From NCBI GenBank assembly GCA_963668695.2, contig CAXXLQ010000004.1:2432001-2496000 (forward strand): a DNA stretch of 64,000 nt. Direction: 5' to 3'. The position numbers and the translations under genes are program-made. The stretch is from Vicinamibacteria bacterium (GTDB lineage Bacteria > Acidobacteriota > Vicinamibacteria > Marinacidobacterales > Marinacidobacteraceae). The notes under the pieces were generated by a model that was not told where the DNA came from, searched no databases, and saw only the letters and a program-made list of their open reading frames with translations. Below are positions 18,823 to 28,841 of the stretch, in pieces (position 1 is the first letter of the stretch; every line of letters starts with the position of its first letter).

Positions 18823-20010
18823 CTACCGGGTTCCCGGAGCCGCCGCCGTTACCGCCCCTGCGGCCGCGCGGGCGCTGCCCCCGCTGATGATGCGGCGGAA
18901 GAGGATGGGGCAGGTGATCGAGGTGGCGGCCGCGATCATCACCGCGATGGCGCGGTCCTCCCGGTCGAGCAGGCCGAGTTCGAGTCCGACGGTGGCCACC
19001 GCGATGACGAGGCTCAGGCGGGCGGACAACAAGAACCCGGTCGCCGCCGCGGCGCGCAGCGAGAAACCCCAGATCATGAAGAGCAGCGCCGGCACGAACT
19101 TGACGAAGAAGGCCACCGCGATGATGACCCCGGCGCGCGCGAGCACCTCGGGATCGAGCAGCACGGCGACTTCGAAGCGGAGCCCGACGCCGATGAAGAA
19201 GATCGGGATCAGGAAGCCCCAGGAGATTCCGGAGAGTTGGCGGCGGAGTCCTTCGGGCGGATGGAACAGCAGCGCGAAGACTCCTCCCGCGAGGAAGGCC
19301 GCGAGAATCGGCTCCACGTCAAGAACGGTCGAGAGCCCGACGAAAATGAGGAGCAGCGCGAGCGCCCCGCGGATCCCCATCTCGTCGGGATCGTCTTCCC
19401 GGAAGAGTCTCGTTGCCGCGCGCGGGTGCCACCAGAGGAAGAGCTTCATCACGCGGAGCACCAGCACCACCGCGATGAGCAGGACGGGACCGTTGATGAG
19501 TTCGATGCCCCACCCGTCGCGCGCCCAGATGGTGATCTCCGCGACCAGCAGCAACGTGACGAGGTCCGCGATCACCGCGGAAACCAGGATGGACTGCCCC
19601 AGGCTTTCGGCGGTGATCCCCGCGCTTCGCAGGCTGGGGAGGACGAGGGCCGCCGAGGTGGTTGCGAGCAGCGGGGCGTAGAAGACCGGCAGGTCCAGCC
19701 AGACGGTCGCGAGGAACGAAAGCGCGAACGTGCCCGCGAAGACGATGAGCGCCTGACCGATCGGGCCCGCTCCCCCCCGTCTCAGCGCGGGGAAATCGAT
19801 CTCGAAGCCGGCGAGGAACATCAGCATCAGGAGCCCGAGTTCCCCGATCTGGTCCAGCAGCGCGGTCCCTTCGACCAGCCCGAATACGGGGCCGACCAGC
19901 ACCCCGAACAGGATCTCGACGACCACTGCGGGCACCCGCAGCCAGTTGGCCACCGGGGGCAGCAGGAAGGCGGCGATCCCGATGATCACCAGCGCGCCGG
20001 AACCGTCCAT
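18823..20010 (-). CDS. Cation:proton antiporter (CPA2/Kef-type membrane subunit)
   Basis: LMFLAGFEID, TTSAALV, IADL, FLIPIFFIGVG, LLSARLSL. Confidence 0.88.
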   Translation of the reverse strand: MDGSGALVIIGIAAFLLPPVANWLRVPAVVVEILFGVLVGPVFGLVEGTALLDQIGELGLLMLMFLAGFEIDFPALRRGGAGPIGQALIVFAGTFALSFLATVWLDLPVFYAPLLATTSAALVLPSLRSAGITAESLGQSILVSAVIADLVTLLLVAEITIWARDGWGIELINGPVLLIAVVLVLRVMKLFLWWHPRAATRLFREDDPDEMGIRGALALLLIFVGLSTVLDVEPILAAFLAGGVFALLFHPPEGLRRQLSGISWGFLIPIFFIGVGLRFEVAVLLDPEVLARAGVIIAVAFFVKFVPALLFMIWGFSLRAAAATGFLLSARLSLVIAVATVGLELGLLDREDRAIAVMIAAATSITCPILFRRIISGGSARAAAGAVTAAAPGTR

Positions 20011-21299
20011 CAGGGACTTGCTCCCAGCACGGCGGCCGCGGCAAGGGCGAGGGCGCCGGTGGCCCGCACGAGTTCCTCGACCGGGCAGTGCTCGTCCGGC
20101 CGGTGCGCCAACTCGAGGATCCCCGGCCCGTAGGCGACGCAGTCCGGGACTCCCGCGATCCGGGCCACGTGCTTGTGGTCATAGGTGCCGGGGCTCGCTA
20201 CCTCCTCGACCTCGACGCCCAGCGCGCCCCGCACCCCGTAGCGGACGGCCTCGATGGCGAGGGAGCCCGGTGGCGTCGTTACCGGTTCCACGGTGAGCAG
20301 TTCCTCGATCCGGTAACGCCGGCCGGGATCCCGGCCGGCGCAAGCCGCCACCCGGCGGGCTACCTCCTCGCGAACCTCGTCGAGTCCTTCTTCGGGAAGA
20401 AAGCGCCGGTCCACCACGACCTCGGCCCGGTCGGGAACCTGGGGGCTTTCGGTTCCGGCGCCCGCCTGACCTCCCCGGATGCTGTTCACGTTGACGGTCG
20501 CTGCCCGCGCGCCCTCGGGAACCACCGGAAGCGCGGTTCTCCGGGCAGCCAGCTCCGGAACCCATACGGTTCGGATGTCCTCGAGGAGCGGTGCGAGGTG
20601 GGTGATGGCGTTGTGGCCCAGGAACGGCATGCTCCCGTGTGCGACCTCGCCCTCGGAAATGACCCGAAACCAGTACACCCCGCGGTGCCCCACACACACC
20701 CGGCGGGACCCGAAAGGTTCGGGGATGATCACTGCGTCCGTGTCGGGAGCGATGCGGCCGGACTCGGCCAGCCAGGCGACTCCGGCGTGTCCCCCGGTCT
20801 CCTCGTCCACCGTGCCAGAGACCTCGAGGGTGCCGTGGAGCCGGGCGCCCGCCCGCCGGAGCACCTCCGCCGCGAAGAACGCGGCCGCGATGCCCCCCTT
20901 CATGTCGCTCGCCCCGCGTCCCCAAACCGCCCCGTTTCGCACCTCCCCGGAAAAAGGATCCGTGGTCCAGCCGCTTCCGGCGGGGACCACGTCGAGGTGA
21001 CCGTTCAGATGCAGGCGCCGGCCGCCGCTCCCCAGCCGGCCCATGACGTTTTGCCGGGGGTAGCGCTCCGAACCCGGGGGACACGACTCCCGGGGGGGAT
21101 CGTCGAACTCCACCTCGAAACCGGCGCCTGCCAGCCGCTCGCCGAGAAGTGCGGCGCACTCCGGATAGTTCTCCCCGGGAGGGTTCACGGTGGGGACCCG
21201 GATCAACTCGCCGCAGAAGGCGGCGATCTCGTCGCGGGCCGCTTCCGCCTGGCGCAGGATCCTGGCTTCGAGGCCGGAGGCAACCGGGTGGAGCGGCAT
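20010..21299 (-). CDS. M20 metallopeptidase (ArgE/DapE family)
   Basis: NGHLDVVP, GRGASDMKGG, VDEETGG, IPEP, YGPG...AH.PDE. Confidence 0.92.
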   Translation of the reverse strand: MPLHPVASGLEARILRQAEAARDEIAAFCGELIRVPTVNPPGENYPECAALLGERLAGAGFEVEFDDPPRESCPPGSERYPRQNVMGRLGSGGRRLHLNGHLDVVPAGSGWTTDPFSGEVRNGAVWGRGASDMKGGIAAAFFAAEVLRRAGARLHGTLEVSGTVDEETGGHAGVAWLAESGRIAPDTDAVIIPEPFGSRRVCVGHRGVYWFRVISEGEVAHGSMPFLGHNAITHLAPLLEDIRTVWVPELAARRTALPVVPEGARAATVNVNSIRGGQAGAGTESPQVPDRAEVVVDRRFLPEEGLDEVREEVARRVAACAGRDPGRRYRIEELLTVEPVTTPPGSLAIEAVRYGVRGALGVEVEEVASPGTYDHKHVARIAGVPDCVAYGPGILELAHRPDEHCPVEELVRATGALALAAAAVLGASP

Positions 21300-21382
21300 C
21301 GAAACCGAGGATACCGCCCTGCTGCGCCGCTGGCGGAAGCTTGGGGTTGACTTGCCGTAGTTATTTCGATACTATTGGAACT

Positions 21383-21736
21383 ATGGAAAGGACAGCCGCC
21401 TACTCCACCACCAACGCTCTGGAGACGCTCTGCGCACTTTCCCAGGAGAGCCGTCTCGACATCTTCCGGTTGCTGGTCAGCAACGGTCCGGAGGGACTTC
21501 CCGCCGGCGCCATCGCCAGGCAGTGCAACCTGCCGGCGCCAACCTGCTCGTTCCATCTCAAGGAACTCAAGAAGGGTGGGCTCCTCAATTGCTGCCGCCA
21601 CGGGAGGTTCCAGATCTACACCGTGAACTTCCGGGCGATCCGGGCGCTGCTCGGCTATCTGACGGAGCACTGCTGTGCCGATCACGCCTGCGACCATGAG
21701 GGTTCGAACGGCGCCGCAAATGGGGAACTTCGATGA
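21383..21736 (+). CDS. arsR: ArsR/SmtB regulator, copy 1 (C-terminal CC type)
   Basis: ALSQESRLDIFRLLV..GPEG..AG.IA, SFHLKEL, YLTEHCC; operator-like TATTTCGATACTATTGGAACTA upstream. Confidence 0.85.
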   Translation: MERTAAYSTTNALETLCALSQESRLDIFRLLVSNGPEGLPAGAIARQCNLPAPTCSFHLKELKKGGLLNCCRHGRFQIYTVNFRAIRALLGYLTEHCCADHACDHEGSNGAANGELR

Positions 21737-22074
21737 GACCGGGATCCGGGGGCGGATCGCCCCCCCCGGAGGTGATGCGGATAGACCGGGCATCGGAAGT
21801 CGCCAGCGAGGCCGCCTGTTATCCCGTCTGGCGGCTGCGGGCGCCAAAGGGGCAACGAGGGGACGAACCGCCGGGAAGATGAGACCCCGTGGAACTACCT
21901 GGCGCGAATCCTGATCTGGCGGTCGCATCGCGTCTGGCGGTCCCATCGCATTCGGCGGTCTGTGGACAAAGTGGCATGAGCGCGGAGACCCCCACCGGGA
22001 GAACCCGGTGACTCGCGCGGCTCCGGTTACGGATGGGGGTTGACTTTCTGTTTTAGTTCGATATTATTGGAAAT

Positions 22075-22425
22075 ATGGAAACGCCGCCCGCCTATTCCAC
22101 CGATAACGCCTTGGAGATGCTCTGCGCACTCTCCCAGGAAAGCCGTCTCGATATCTTCCGGTTGCTGGTCAGCAGCGGTCCGGAGGGACTTTCCGCGGGC
22201 GCCATCGCCAGACATTGCAACCTCCCGGCGCCAACCTGCTCGTTCCACCTCAAGGAACTCAAGAAGGGTGGGCTGCTCAGTTGCTGCCGCCACGGGAGGT
22301 CCCAGATCTACACGGCGAACTTCCGGGCGATCCGGGGGCTGCTCGGATACCTGACGGAACACTGCTGTGCCGAGGACGACTGCGAGCACGAGAGTTCGAA
22401 CGGCGCCGCAAACGGGAAACCTTGA
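22075..22425 (+). CDS. arsR: ArsR/SmtB regulator, copy 2
   Basis: Near-identical paralog of 21383..21736 with a similar upstream inverted repeat, TAGTTCGATATTATTGGAAATA. Confidence 0.85.
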   Translation: METPPAYSTDNALEMLCALSQESRLDIFRLLVSSGPEGLSAGAIARHCNLPAPTCSFHLKELKKGGLLSCCRHGRSQIYTANFRAIRGLLGYLTEHCCAEDDCEHESSNGAANGKP

Positions 22426-22539
22426 TCAGGACAGGGAACCGGGGGCGGATCGGCCGCCCCCGGAGGTGATGCGGCTGGACCGGCTATCTGAGGTCGGCTG
22501 CCCGGTGCTTCCGGCACAGAAATAGGGGGCCACAGGCTG

Positions 22540-22784
22540 TTAACAGCCGGTGGTGGAACCCGGGTGAGCGCCGAGAGCGGCCAGTCCTCCCGGTGGGGCG
22601 AGGCGCCCGGCTGACAAGGCGCGTGAGGGAGGAGCCCCCACCGGGAGAACTGGCCCGAGTGTATTCCGACCGAAACGCAACGATGAGCGGCGCGCAGCGA
22701 CGCGGTCAACAGCCGGTGGTGGAACCCGCGTGAGCGCCGAGGTTGGCCAGTTCTCCCGGTGGGGGCGAGGCCCAGTTCTCCCGA
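22540..22784. mobile_element. MITE-like composite repeat with 20-mer inserts, truncated by IS21
   Basis: TAACAGCCGGTGGTGGAACCC end; same body as 49994..50178; the last 20-mer is cut at the IS21 TG. Confidence 0.8.
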
Positions 22785-22865
22785 TGTCAGGCGACACCCA
22801 AAACTGGGCCACCTGGCGACATCTAGAACTGGGCCACCCCCAGTGGTCCGGAAGGGGGCCGAGAG

Positions 22866-24164
22866 ATGAGTGGAGGGGCGTGTACTTCCGTTCCGACGCC
22901 GGAGCAGGGCGTCGGGAGGGAAGAGATGTGGACTCCGGAGGACGTTTTGGAGATGCGGCGGCTCCACCGGCTGGGACTGGGGACGCGTCAGATCGCGGCC
23001 CGGCTGGGCTGCTCCCGGACGACAGTTCAGGCATGGCTGCAACGGGGGCGGTGGCGGAAGCCGGCGAGGCGTCCGAGACGTCGAGCGCTCGCGAGCTGGG
23101 AGGAGTGGCTTCGTGACCGGCTGGTGCAGCATGCGGGGAACGCGGACGTGGTTCGCCAGGAACTGGGGGTTTTGGGGGTGCGGGTGAGCCTGCGAACAGT
23201 GGAGCGGGCGGTGGAGCCGTTTCGTCGGGAGTTACGGGCGGCGGTAGTGGCGACGACCCGATTTGAGACGCCGCCGGGCTATCAACTGCAGATTGATTTC
23301 GGCCAGCGGCAGGTATGGATCGGTGGGGAGAAGAGGAAGGTGTCGCTGTTCGTGGCGACCCTGGGGTGTTCGCGTCGGATGCACGTGAGGGTGTTCGTGG
23401 GAGAACGACAGGCGCACTGGTTCGCGGGCCTGGAGAGCACCTTCGAGGAGATCGGGGGTGTCCCGGAGACGGTGTTGCTGGACAACGCCAAGGCGCTGGT
23501 GAAGCACCACAACGCAGCGACGCGGGAAGTGGTGTTCCACCATCGTTTCCTGGCCTTCGCGAAGCACTGGGGGTTCCGGCCGCAAGCCTGCGCTCCGTAT
23601 CGGGCGCGGACGAAGGGGAAGGATGAATCGGGGGTGGGTTATGTGAAGAAGAACGGGATCGCGGGACGGCGGTTCGAGAGCCTGGCGGAACTCGAGGCGC
23701 ATCTGGCCCGGTGGACCCGTGAGGTGGCGGACCGGCGGATCCACGGGACGACCGGGCGGGTTCCGATCGAGCACTTCGCGGAGGAAGAGGCGCAGCGGCT
23801 CCAGCCACTCCCCGCCTACGGACGGTTCGAGCGGGTCCGGGAGCTGACGCGGCGGGTCGCGACGGACTGTTCGGTGGTCGTGGACACCAACGCGTATTCG
23901 GTTCCGTGGCTGTTGATCGGGGAACGGGTTCGGGTTCGGGTGAGCGACACTCAGATGCGCATCCACCACGGCACCGCGGAGGTTGCGGTGCATCCACGGA
24001 ACCGGGGACGCCGGCAGAGGATCACGGACCCGGCGCACTTCGCCGGGGTGGCGGGGGCCGGGGGTCAGGCGGTTCGGAGAACACGGGAACCTGAAGGATC
24101 GCGTTCGGAGAGTCTCCTGCGTCCTCTGGAGGCGTATGCGGAGATCGTGGGAGGCGGATGGTGA
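22866..24164 (+). CDS. istA: IS21 transposase IstA (start may be 22926)
   Basis: RFETPPG.QLQIDFG, LGCSRR, LLDNAK, PYRARTKGKDE..V.YVK. Confidence 0.95.
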   Translation: MSGGACTSVPTPEQGVGREEMWTPEDVLEMRRLHRLGLGTRQIAARLGCSRTTVQAWLQRGRWRKPARRPRRRALASWEEWLRDRLVQHAGNADVVRQELGVLGVRVSLRTVERAVEPFRRELRAAVVATTRFETPPGYQLQIDFGQRQVWIGGEKRKVSLFVATLGCSRRMHVRVFVGERQAHWFAGLESTFEEIGGVPETVLLDNAKALVKHHNAATREVVFHHRFLAFAKHWGFRPQACAPYRARTKGKDESGVGYVKKNGIAGRRFESLAELEAHLARWTREVADRRIHGTTGRVPIEHFAEEEAQRLQPLPAYGRFERVRELTRRVATDCSVVVDTNAYSVPWLLIGERVRVRVSDTQMRIHHGTAEVAVHPRNRGRRQRITDPAHFAGVAGAGGQAVRRTREPEGSRSESLLRPLEAYAEIVGGGW

Positions 24165-24841
24165 GGGGCGACGAAGTGATGGATCCGCTGCCGCAGATGC
24201 TGACGCGCCTGCGTCTCAACGCGATCCGGGATCAGTTGGACACCCTCCTGGACGAGGCGGCGCGCCGCGAGTTGAACCTGCGCGATGCCCTGCGCTTCCT
24301 GTGTGAACGGGAGATCGCGCGCAAGGACGAACGACGGATCACCATGGGAATGAAGCTGGCGAAGTTCCCGGCGATCCGTGACCTGAGCGGTTTCGACTTT
24401 GGGGCGCAGCCGTCGGTAAATGAGGAGCAGATGCGCGACCTGGCGACGGGGCGATTCATCGCACACGGCGAATCGGTGCTCCTGCTCGGTCCCCCGGGAG
24501 TGGGGAAGACCCACTTGGCGGTGGCGATCGGCCGGGGAGCGATCCTGTCGGGTTACACGGTGCTGTTCACCACCGCGGCGGCGCTGGTGGCGAGCTTGGC
24601 GAAGGCCCATCTGACCGGCCGTCTGGAGGAGCAGTTCCTCAACTACACGAAGCCGAAGCTCCTGATCGTGGACGAACTCGGATATCTGCCGCTCGAAGTC
24701 GACGCCGCGCATCTGTTCTTCCAGCTCGTCAGCCGACGCTACGAGCGCGGCGGCTTCCTGGTGACCTCGAACCGGCCGGTGGGAGAGTGGGGGCGGGTCT
24801 TTGGTGACGACGTGGTGGCCATGGAGACCCTGAATCGCTGA
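24158..24841 (+). pseudogene. istB: IstB ATPase, 5' part (interrupted at ~24821)
   Basis: GPPGVGKTHLA, VDELGYLP, TSNRP..EWG.VFGD, then diverges into non-IS sequence. Confidence 0.9.
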
Positions 24842-25029
24842 TTTGGCGGGCCCAAATGAACTCCGGACGCGGGACTGGATCGGGTCGCGGCGATTCGCTT
24901 GGCGGCGCCGGTGTGTCCCGGCTCCTCCGGTGCTTCCGGCGAAAGCCCCGCCACGACAGTTGCCGCCGAGCGTCGGGGAGAACCCCCGGTGGGCAAAGGG
25001 GTCGCGGCCGCGCGGCGCCCCGCCGCCCG

Positions 25030-26451
25030 CTACTCGTCCGTCAGGAGCAGTTTGACATCGCTCGGGATCACCCAGGGACAGCTAACGGAATTATTGGAAC
25101 TAAAACGGATCCGGTGCCGGGTCTCTCCCTGGATTTCCTCGGTTGGCAGTACGGTCATGTGAAAGACGAGTGTCCCGGACCCGGAGGAACCCACCGGGAT
25201 CACCCGTTCTCGGGGATCGAACCGCACCTCGCGAGTTTTTCGGAAATCAATCACAGGGCGCGAGCCGGGATCGTCCGAGACCACCGAAGGGGCGAACCGC
25301 AATTGGTATTCAAGAGGCGAATATATCTCGTAGTCCACGAGTAGTTGGTGAGTGGTTCCTTCCGCTGCCGACCCGAGCGAGGCTGGGTTCCCGCGGACTC
25401 GAAACATCCCCAAGATCGGCCCCGGCCGGAACGGGGGCACCGCCGCTTCGTCCTCGTACGTCCTGCACGAGACATCCGTGCAAGCCAGGACGGGTCCCGC
25501 CTGTCCCGGACAGGTGCGAAAGATGAGGGGCGGGATTGGCCAGCGGCCATGTGGCACGAACTCGTAAGGAGCCCAGTAGAGCGTAAAGTCATGCCGCACC
25601 CCGGCGGCGCCGGCGCTCCGGATCCGCCAGTCCTTGATCGCGTAGGGGATCAGAAAGTCGGCAACCATGCCGTCGTCTGCCCGGTCGACCTGCAACGAGA
25701 TGTCGACCTCATAGGCCTCCGGACAGGTGTTTCTGCCGGCCTCGACGTTGCTGGAACCCGAGAACAGCGGCCTTGGGGGGGCGGCGGTCACGGTCACGCC
25801 CTCGCACTGCGCCACCGCGTCGACGGCGACCTCCAGCCTGACTCCTCCTCCCGTCCCCGAGAGTCCCGGGCCGAGCCCCGGGAACGGCCGGTGCAACAGA
25901 TCGAATCGCGTCGTCCTGGCGGGACACACTTCCCGGGAGCCGGTTGAGGCCACGCCGACCCCCAAGGGCTCCAGCGTCCAAAACTGATTTTCCCACCCCG
26001 GCCATACGCGGGGAATACTCGATTCCCAGCGCAGGGTCGCGCATTCGGTGATTTCGATCTTCTCCGGCTCCACGGTCAGCGTCGCGGTGTGGAAGGCCGC
26101 TACCGGAAGTTGAACCGATGGAGGCGGCTGCGGCGTCCCTCCCGGGCCTTCCACCACCAGCGTGTAAGTGGTGATCTCGTCAACGCAGACGCGGGTGGAT
26201 CCGCTCGGCTCGACAGTCCCGATGTCGGGCTCGATCCTGACGGACGTCGCGTTGGTCGTCGACCAGAACAGTTCGGAACACTCCCACCTGGCGCGTTGGA
26301 AGTCGAGTCTGGCGGTCAGGGTCGCCTCCAGTCGAGTGGACCCGACGGTTGGAACACCCGGGCCGGTTTCGGAGTCGCAGCCAGCCCAGCCCGCCAGCAG
26401 ACACCCGGCCATCAACCCCCACCGGACGGCGCTTCGAGATTCGTGATGCAT
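25030..26451 (-). CDS. Putative lipoprotein with tandem Ig/PKD-like repeats (cassette copy 2)
   Basis: Lipobox-like WAGC; W.TTNATSVRIEP.IG.V..SGS..V...TTYTL repeat x2; paralog of 28842..30266. Confidence 0.7.
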   Translation of the reverse strand: MHHESRSAVRWGLMAGCLLAGWAGCDSETGPGVPTVGSTRLEATLTARLDFQRARWECSELFWSTTNATSVRIEPDIGTVEPSGSTRVCVDEITTYTLVVEGPGGTPQPPPSVQLPVAAFHTATLTVEPEKIEITECATLRWESSIPRVWPGWENQFWTLEPLGVGVASTGSREVCPARTTRFDLLHRPFPGLGPGLSGTGGGVRLEVAVDAVAQCEGVTVTAAPPRPLFSGSSNVEAGRNTCPEAYEVDISLQVDRADDGMVADFLIPYAIKDWRIRSAGAAGVRHDFTLYWAPYEFVPHGRWPIPPLIFRTCPGQAGPVLACTDVSCRTYEDEAAVPPFRPGPILGMFRVRGNPASLGSAAEGTTHQLLVDYEIYSPLEYQLRFAPSVVSDDPGSRPVIDFRKTREVRFDPRERVIPVGSSGSGTLVFHMTVLPTEEIQGETRHRIRFSSNNSVSCPWVIPSDVKLLLTDE

Positions 26452-26453
26452 GG

Positions 26454-27563
26454 CTAGGGGTTGCGGTTGAAGCCGCGGGAAGGCAATCCAATATGCTCGG
26501 GGCCGCGCTGCACTCTCAAAACCGTGACCCCGCGGGGTCCGCCAGCGTGGACGGTGATCGGACGCGCCCGAATGGAGGGACGGATGTCGAGCGTCAGACG
26601 TCCGAAATATGCCGCCAGCGACGAAGCAATGTAAACCGGCCGCACCGTGAGGGCGTACTGCGCCGGGGCGAGTCCGGCGAGGAAGAAAAAGCCGTCCTTG
26701 TTGGTGAGGGCGCCCACGCTCTCCACCGGTCTGCCGTCGGTCCCCAGTCGGGTAGCGAGGACGTAGAGGAATCGGACTTCCCCATCGTCGTCGGGAAGAA
26801 CCACCCCTCGAACGCCTCCGGTCGTCTCGATCCAGTTGGTTCGCGGACGAATCAGCGACGCCCCGATCCTGTCGTCCACCGTCAGCCGACCGTCCTGCCG
26901 CAAACCGTAGGACATGAGGGGATCCCGCTGTTGAGGCGCCGACAGCGGTAGCAACCCATCGCGCGACTCATCCCAGGGTCGGTCGGTAGTCGTGCCGGAA
27001 TGCTGGAGGCCGAGGCAGTGCCCGAACTCGTGACGCGCGACAGCGGCGATGTGCGGCAGGCCTTTCGAAGTCGGGGCCAAGAAGACCTGGCACGCCACGA
27101 TTTTCCCGTCCTTGACCACGGCAAGTCCATGCGACGGACCTACGCCCTGGGACACGTACGTCTCCGTCTCGCCGAACGCCTCGTCTTCTTCCGCGACCCG
27201 CCCGATCTCCCAGCGGATGTCCGCGGTTTCGATTGCCGACCACGCGCCCAGCACCTCCCGGTCCAGGAAGCGGACGGCGTTCGCGGTGCTCCCGAATTTG
27301 GTCTTCCACTTCGGAGAATCCACCAGGGTGACGGACAACGTCTGCCCCGGCGCCCACACATCGGGGCTCCAGAGAACCGCCGGCCGCGCGCCGGGGCTTC
27401 CTGTGTAGTAGTTGACCGGGTAGAACACGTAACCCGAGGCCTCGCGCGCCCCGGCGCCCAGCCAGGACGACAGCAACACCACTGCCAGGCTGGCGCCTCC
27501 GAGGAAGCCGCCAGCGGAGAGATGCCGAGTCCATCGTTGCGGTCCGGTGGGTTTCGCGTGCAT
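26454..27563 (-). CDS. Secreted metzincin (matrixin-like) Zn-metalloprotease with C-terminal carboxypeptidase-regulatory-like domain (copy 2)
   Basis: Signal peptide; HEFGHCLGLQH; Met-turn PLMSYG; DD.IG. Confidence 0.85.
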   Translation of the reverse strand: MHAKPTGPQRWTRHLSAGGFLGGASLAVVLLSSWLGAGAREASGYVFYPVNYYTGSPGARPAVLWSPDVWAPGQTLSVTLVDSPKWKTKFGSTANAVRFLDREVLGAWSAIETADIRWEIGRVAEEDEAFGETETYVSQGVGPSHGLAVVKDGKIVACQVFLAPTSKGLPHIAAVARHEFGHCLGLQHSGTTTDRPWDESRDGLLPLSAPQQRDPLMSYGLRQDGRLTVDDRIGASLIRPRTNWIETTGGVRGVVLPDDDGEVRFLYVLATRLGTDGRPVESVGALTNKDGFFFLAGLAPAQYALTVRPVYIASSLAAYFGRLTLDIRPSIRARPITVHAGGPRGVTVLRVQRGPEHIGLPSRGFNRNP

Positions 27564-27936
27564 CGTCGGCTACTCCTGTTCGAAACGGTCCCGGATTCTG
27601 CGAGGGCTGCGGGGGCTGAACGCGCCCGGACCCCAAATGGAAGTATCGCACTGCACCCCACCAGGCCAATGACGAACAACTCCCAAGAAGGACGCCCAAT
27701 TGGTTGATTTCGCCGGACCCAAACAAATCCGGGCGCGGGGCTCGGTCAGGTCCGGGCGATTACCACCCGGCGGCGGCGGCGGGCGCGGCGCGTTCCCGGC
27801 GCTCGCGGCCCGGCGCACCCGGGCGCCTGCGCGTCTACCGCCCCGGCGCCTGCGATCTGCCGGGCCCCGGGATCGCCCCGGCCGCCGCGTCTCCCCTTCC
27901 GATACCTCGGCGCGACGCCGAGCAACTCCCCGGCCG

Positions 27937-28061
27937 TCAGCGCGTGGACTGTGAGAGCTCCGTCTCGTTCTGCCCGGGGATTCGAAAACGGAAAAATGAG
28001 GAAGCGAGACCACGCAGGGGGCGGACCGCTGCCAGGCGTTGATGCGAAACTCCGTGCCGCT
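27937..28061 (-). pseudogene. 3' remnant of a 31759..32751-type lipoprotein gene
   Basis: Near-identical to 31759..31873 (FRINAWQ.SAPCVVSLPHF...NETELSQSTR). Confidence 0.75.
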
Positions 28062-28275
28062 GCCGGTGGGAGAGTGGGGGCGGGTCTTTGGTGACGACGT
28101 GGTGGCCACCGCCATCCTCGATCGGCTGCTCCATCACAGCCACGTGATCACCATCCGTGGGGAAAGCTACCGGCTCCGCGAGAAGCGTCGCAGCGGCCTC
28201 TTCCGGGGCTCCTCCAGCATCCTCTTCTCCTCCGCCGAGCGCACAACGGGGAACCAGCCAAAGGAAACGCCATGA
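28062..28275 (+). pseudogene. istB: IstB 3' part
   Basis: PVGEWGRVFGDDVVATAILDRLLHHSHVITIRGESYRLREK; first 47 bp duplicate 24775..24821. Confidence 0.9.
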
Positions 28276-28334
28276 ACGTCCCGGACCCTTCGGGGTGGCC
28301 CAGTTTTATCTGTCGCCTGACAACCTCCCGGCCG

Positions 28335-28504
28335 TCAGCGCGCGGACTGCGAGAGCTCCGCTGCTCCGGCCGGGGGACTCGAAACGAGAACGAATGAGGG
28401 AGCCCCATCAGGCACCCAACAGAGAGGCTCTCCGCAGGCCAATGGGAGGCGCCGATGCGAAACTTCGGCCCGGGTAACGAAGGGGGTGTCAGGCGGAGCC
28501 GCAT
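28335..28504 (-). pseudogene. Divergent 3' remnant of another lipoprotein paralog
   Basis: PGPKFRI...LPHSFSFRVP...ELSQSAR is similar to the C-terminus of 31759..32751. Confidence 0.55.
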
Positions 28505-28841
28505 GAGGGGTCGCCTTTCGTCCGGATTCGGTTGTCCGCGGGGGGCGCACCGCGGGCGGAGCGGACAAAGAGTGCGCGGTCCTCGGAACCCGAGACAGAC
28601 GTGTCAACCCCGAAGACGAGGGTCGACAATCGATGGAGACCCTGAAACGCTGATTTGGCGGACCCAAATGAACTCCGGACGCGGGACTGGAGCGGGTCGC
28701 GGCGATTCGCTTGGCGGCGCCGATGTGTCCCGGCTCCTCCGGTGCTTCCGGCGAAAGCCCCGCCGCGACAGTTGCGGCCGAGCGTCGGGGAGAACCCCCG
28801 GTGGGCAAAGGGGTCGCGGCCGCGCGGCGCCCCGCCGCCCG

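Larger units (their letters stand above)
22785..28322 (+). mobile_element. IS21-family element with interrupted istB
   Basis: Terminal IRs TGTCAGGCGACA (22785) and TGTCGCCTGACA (ends 28322); subterminal AACTGGGCCACC repeats; istA-istB. No target duplication visible. Confidence 0.9.

Noticed and set aside
21914-21960. 18-bp tandem repeat between the arsR copies
   Set aside because: Only about 2.5 degenerate units; consistent with the general slippage duplications seen across this window
27564-27780. Riboswitch in the duplicated leader of the metzincin genes (also 31373..31600)
   Set aside because: Only a simple hairpin is evident and I could not match it to a known aptamer; its conservation is explained by the duplication
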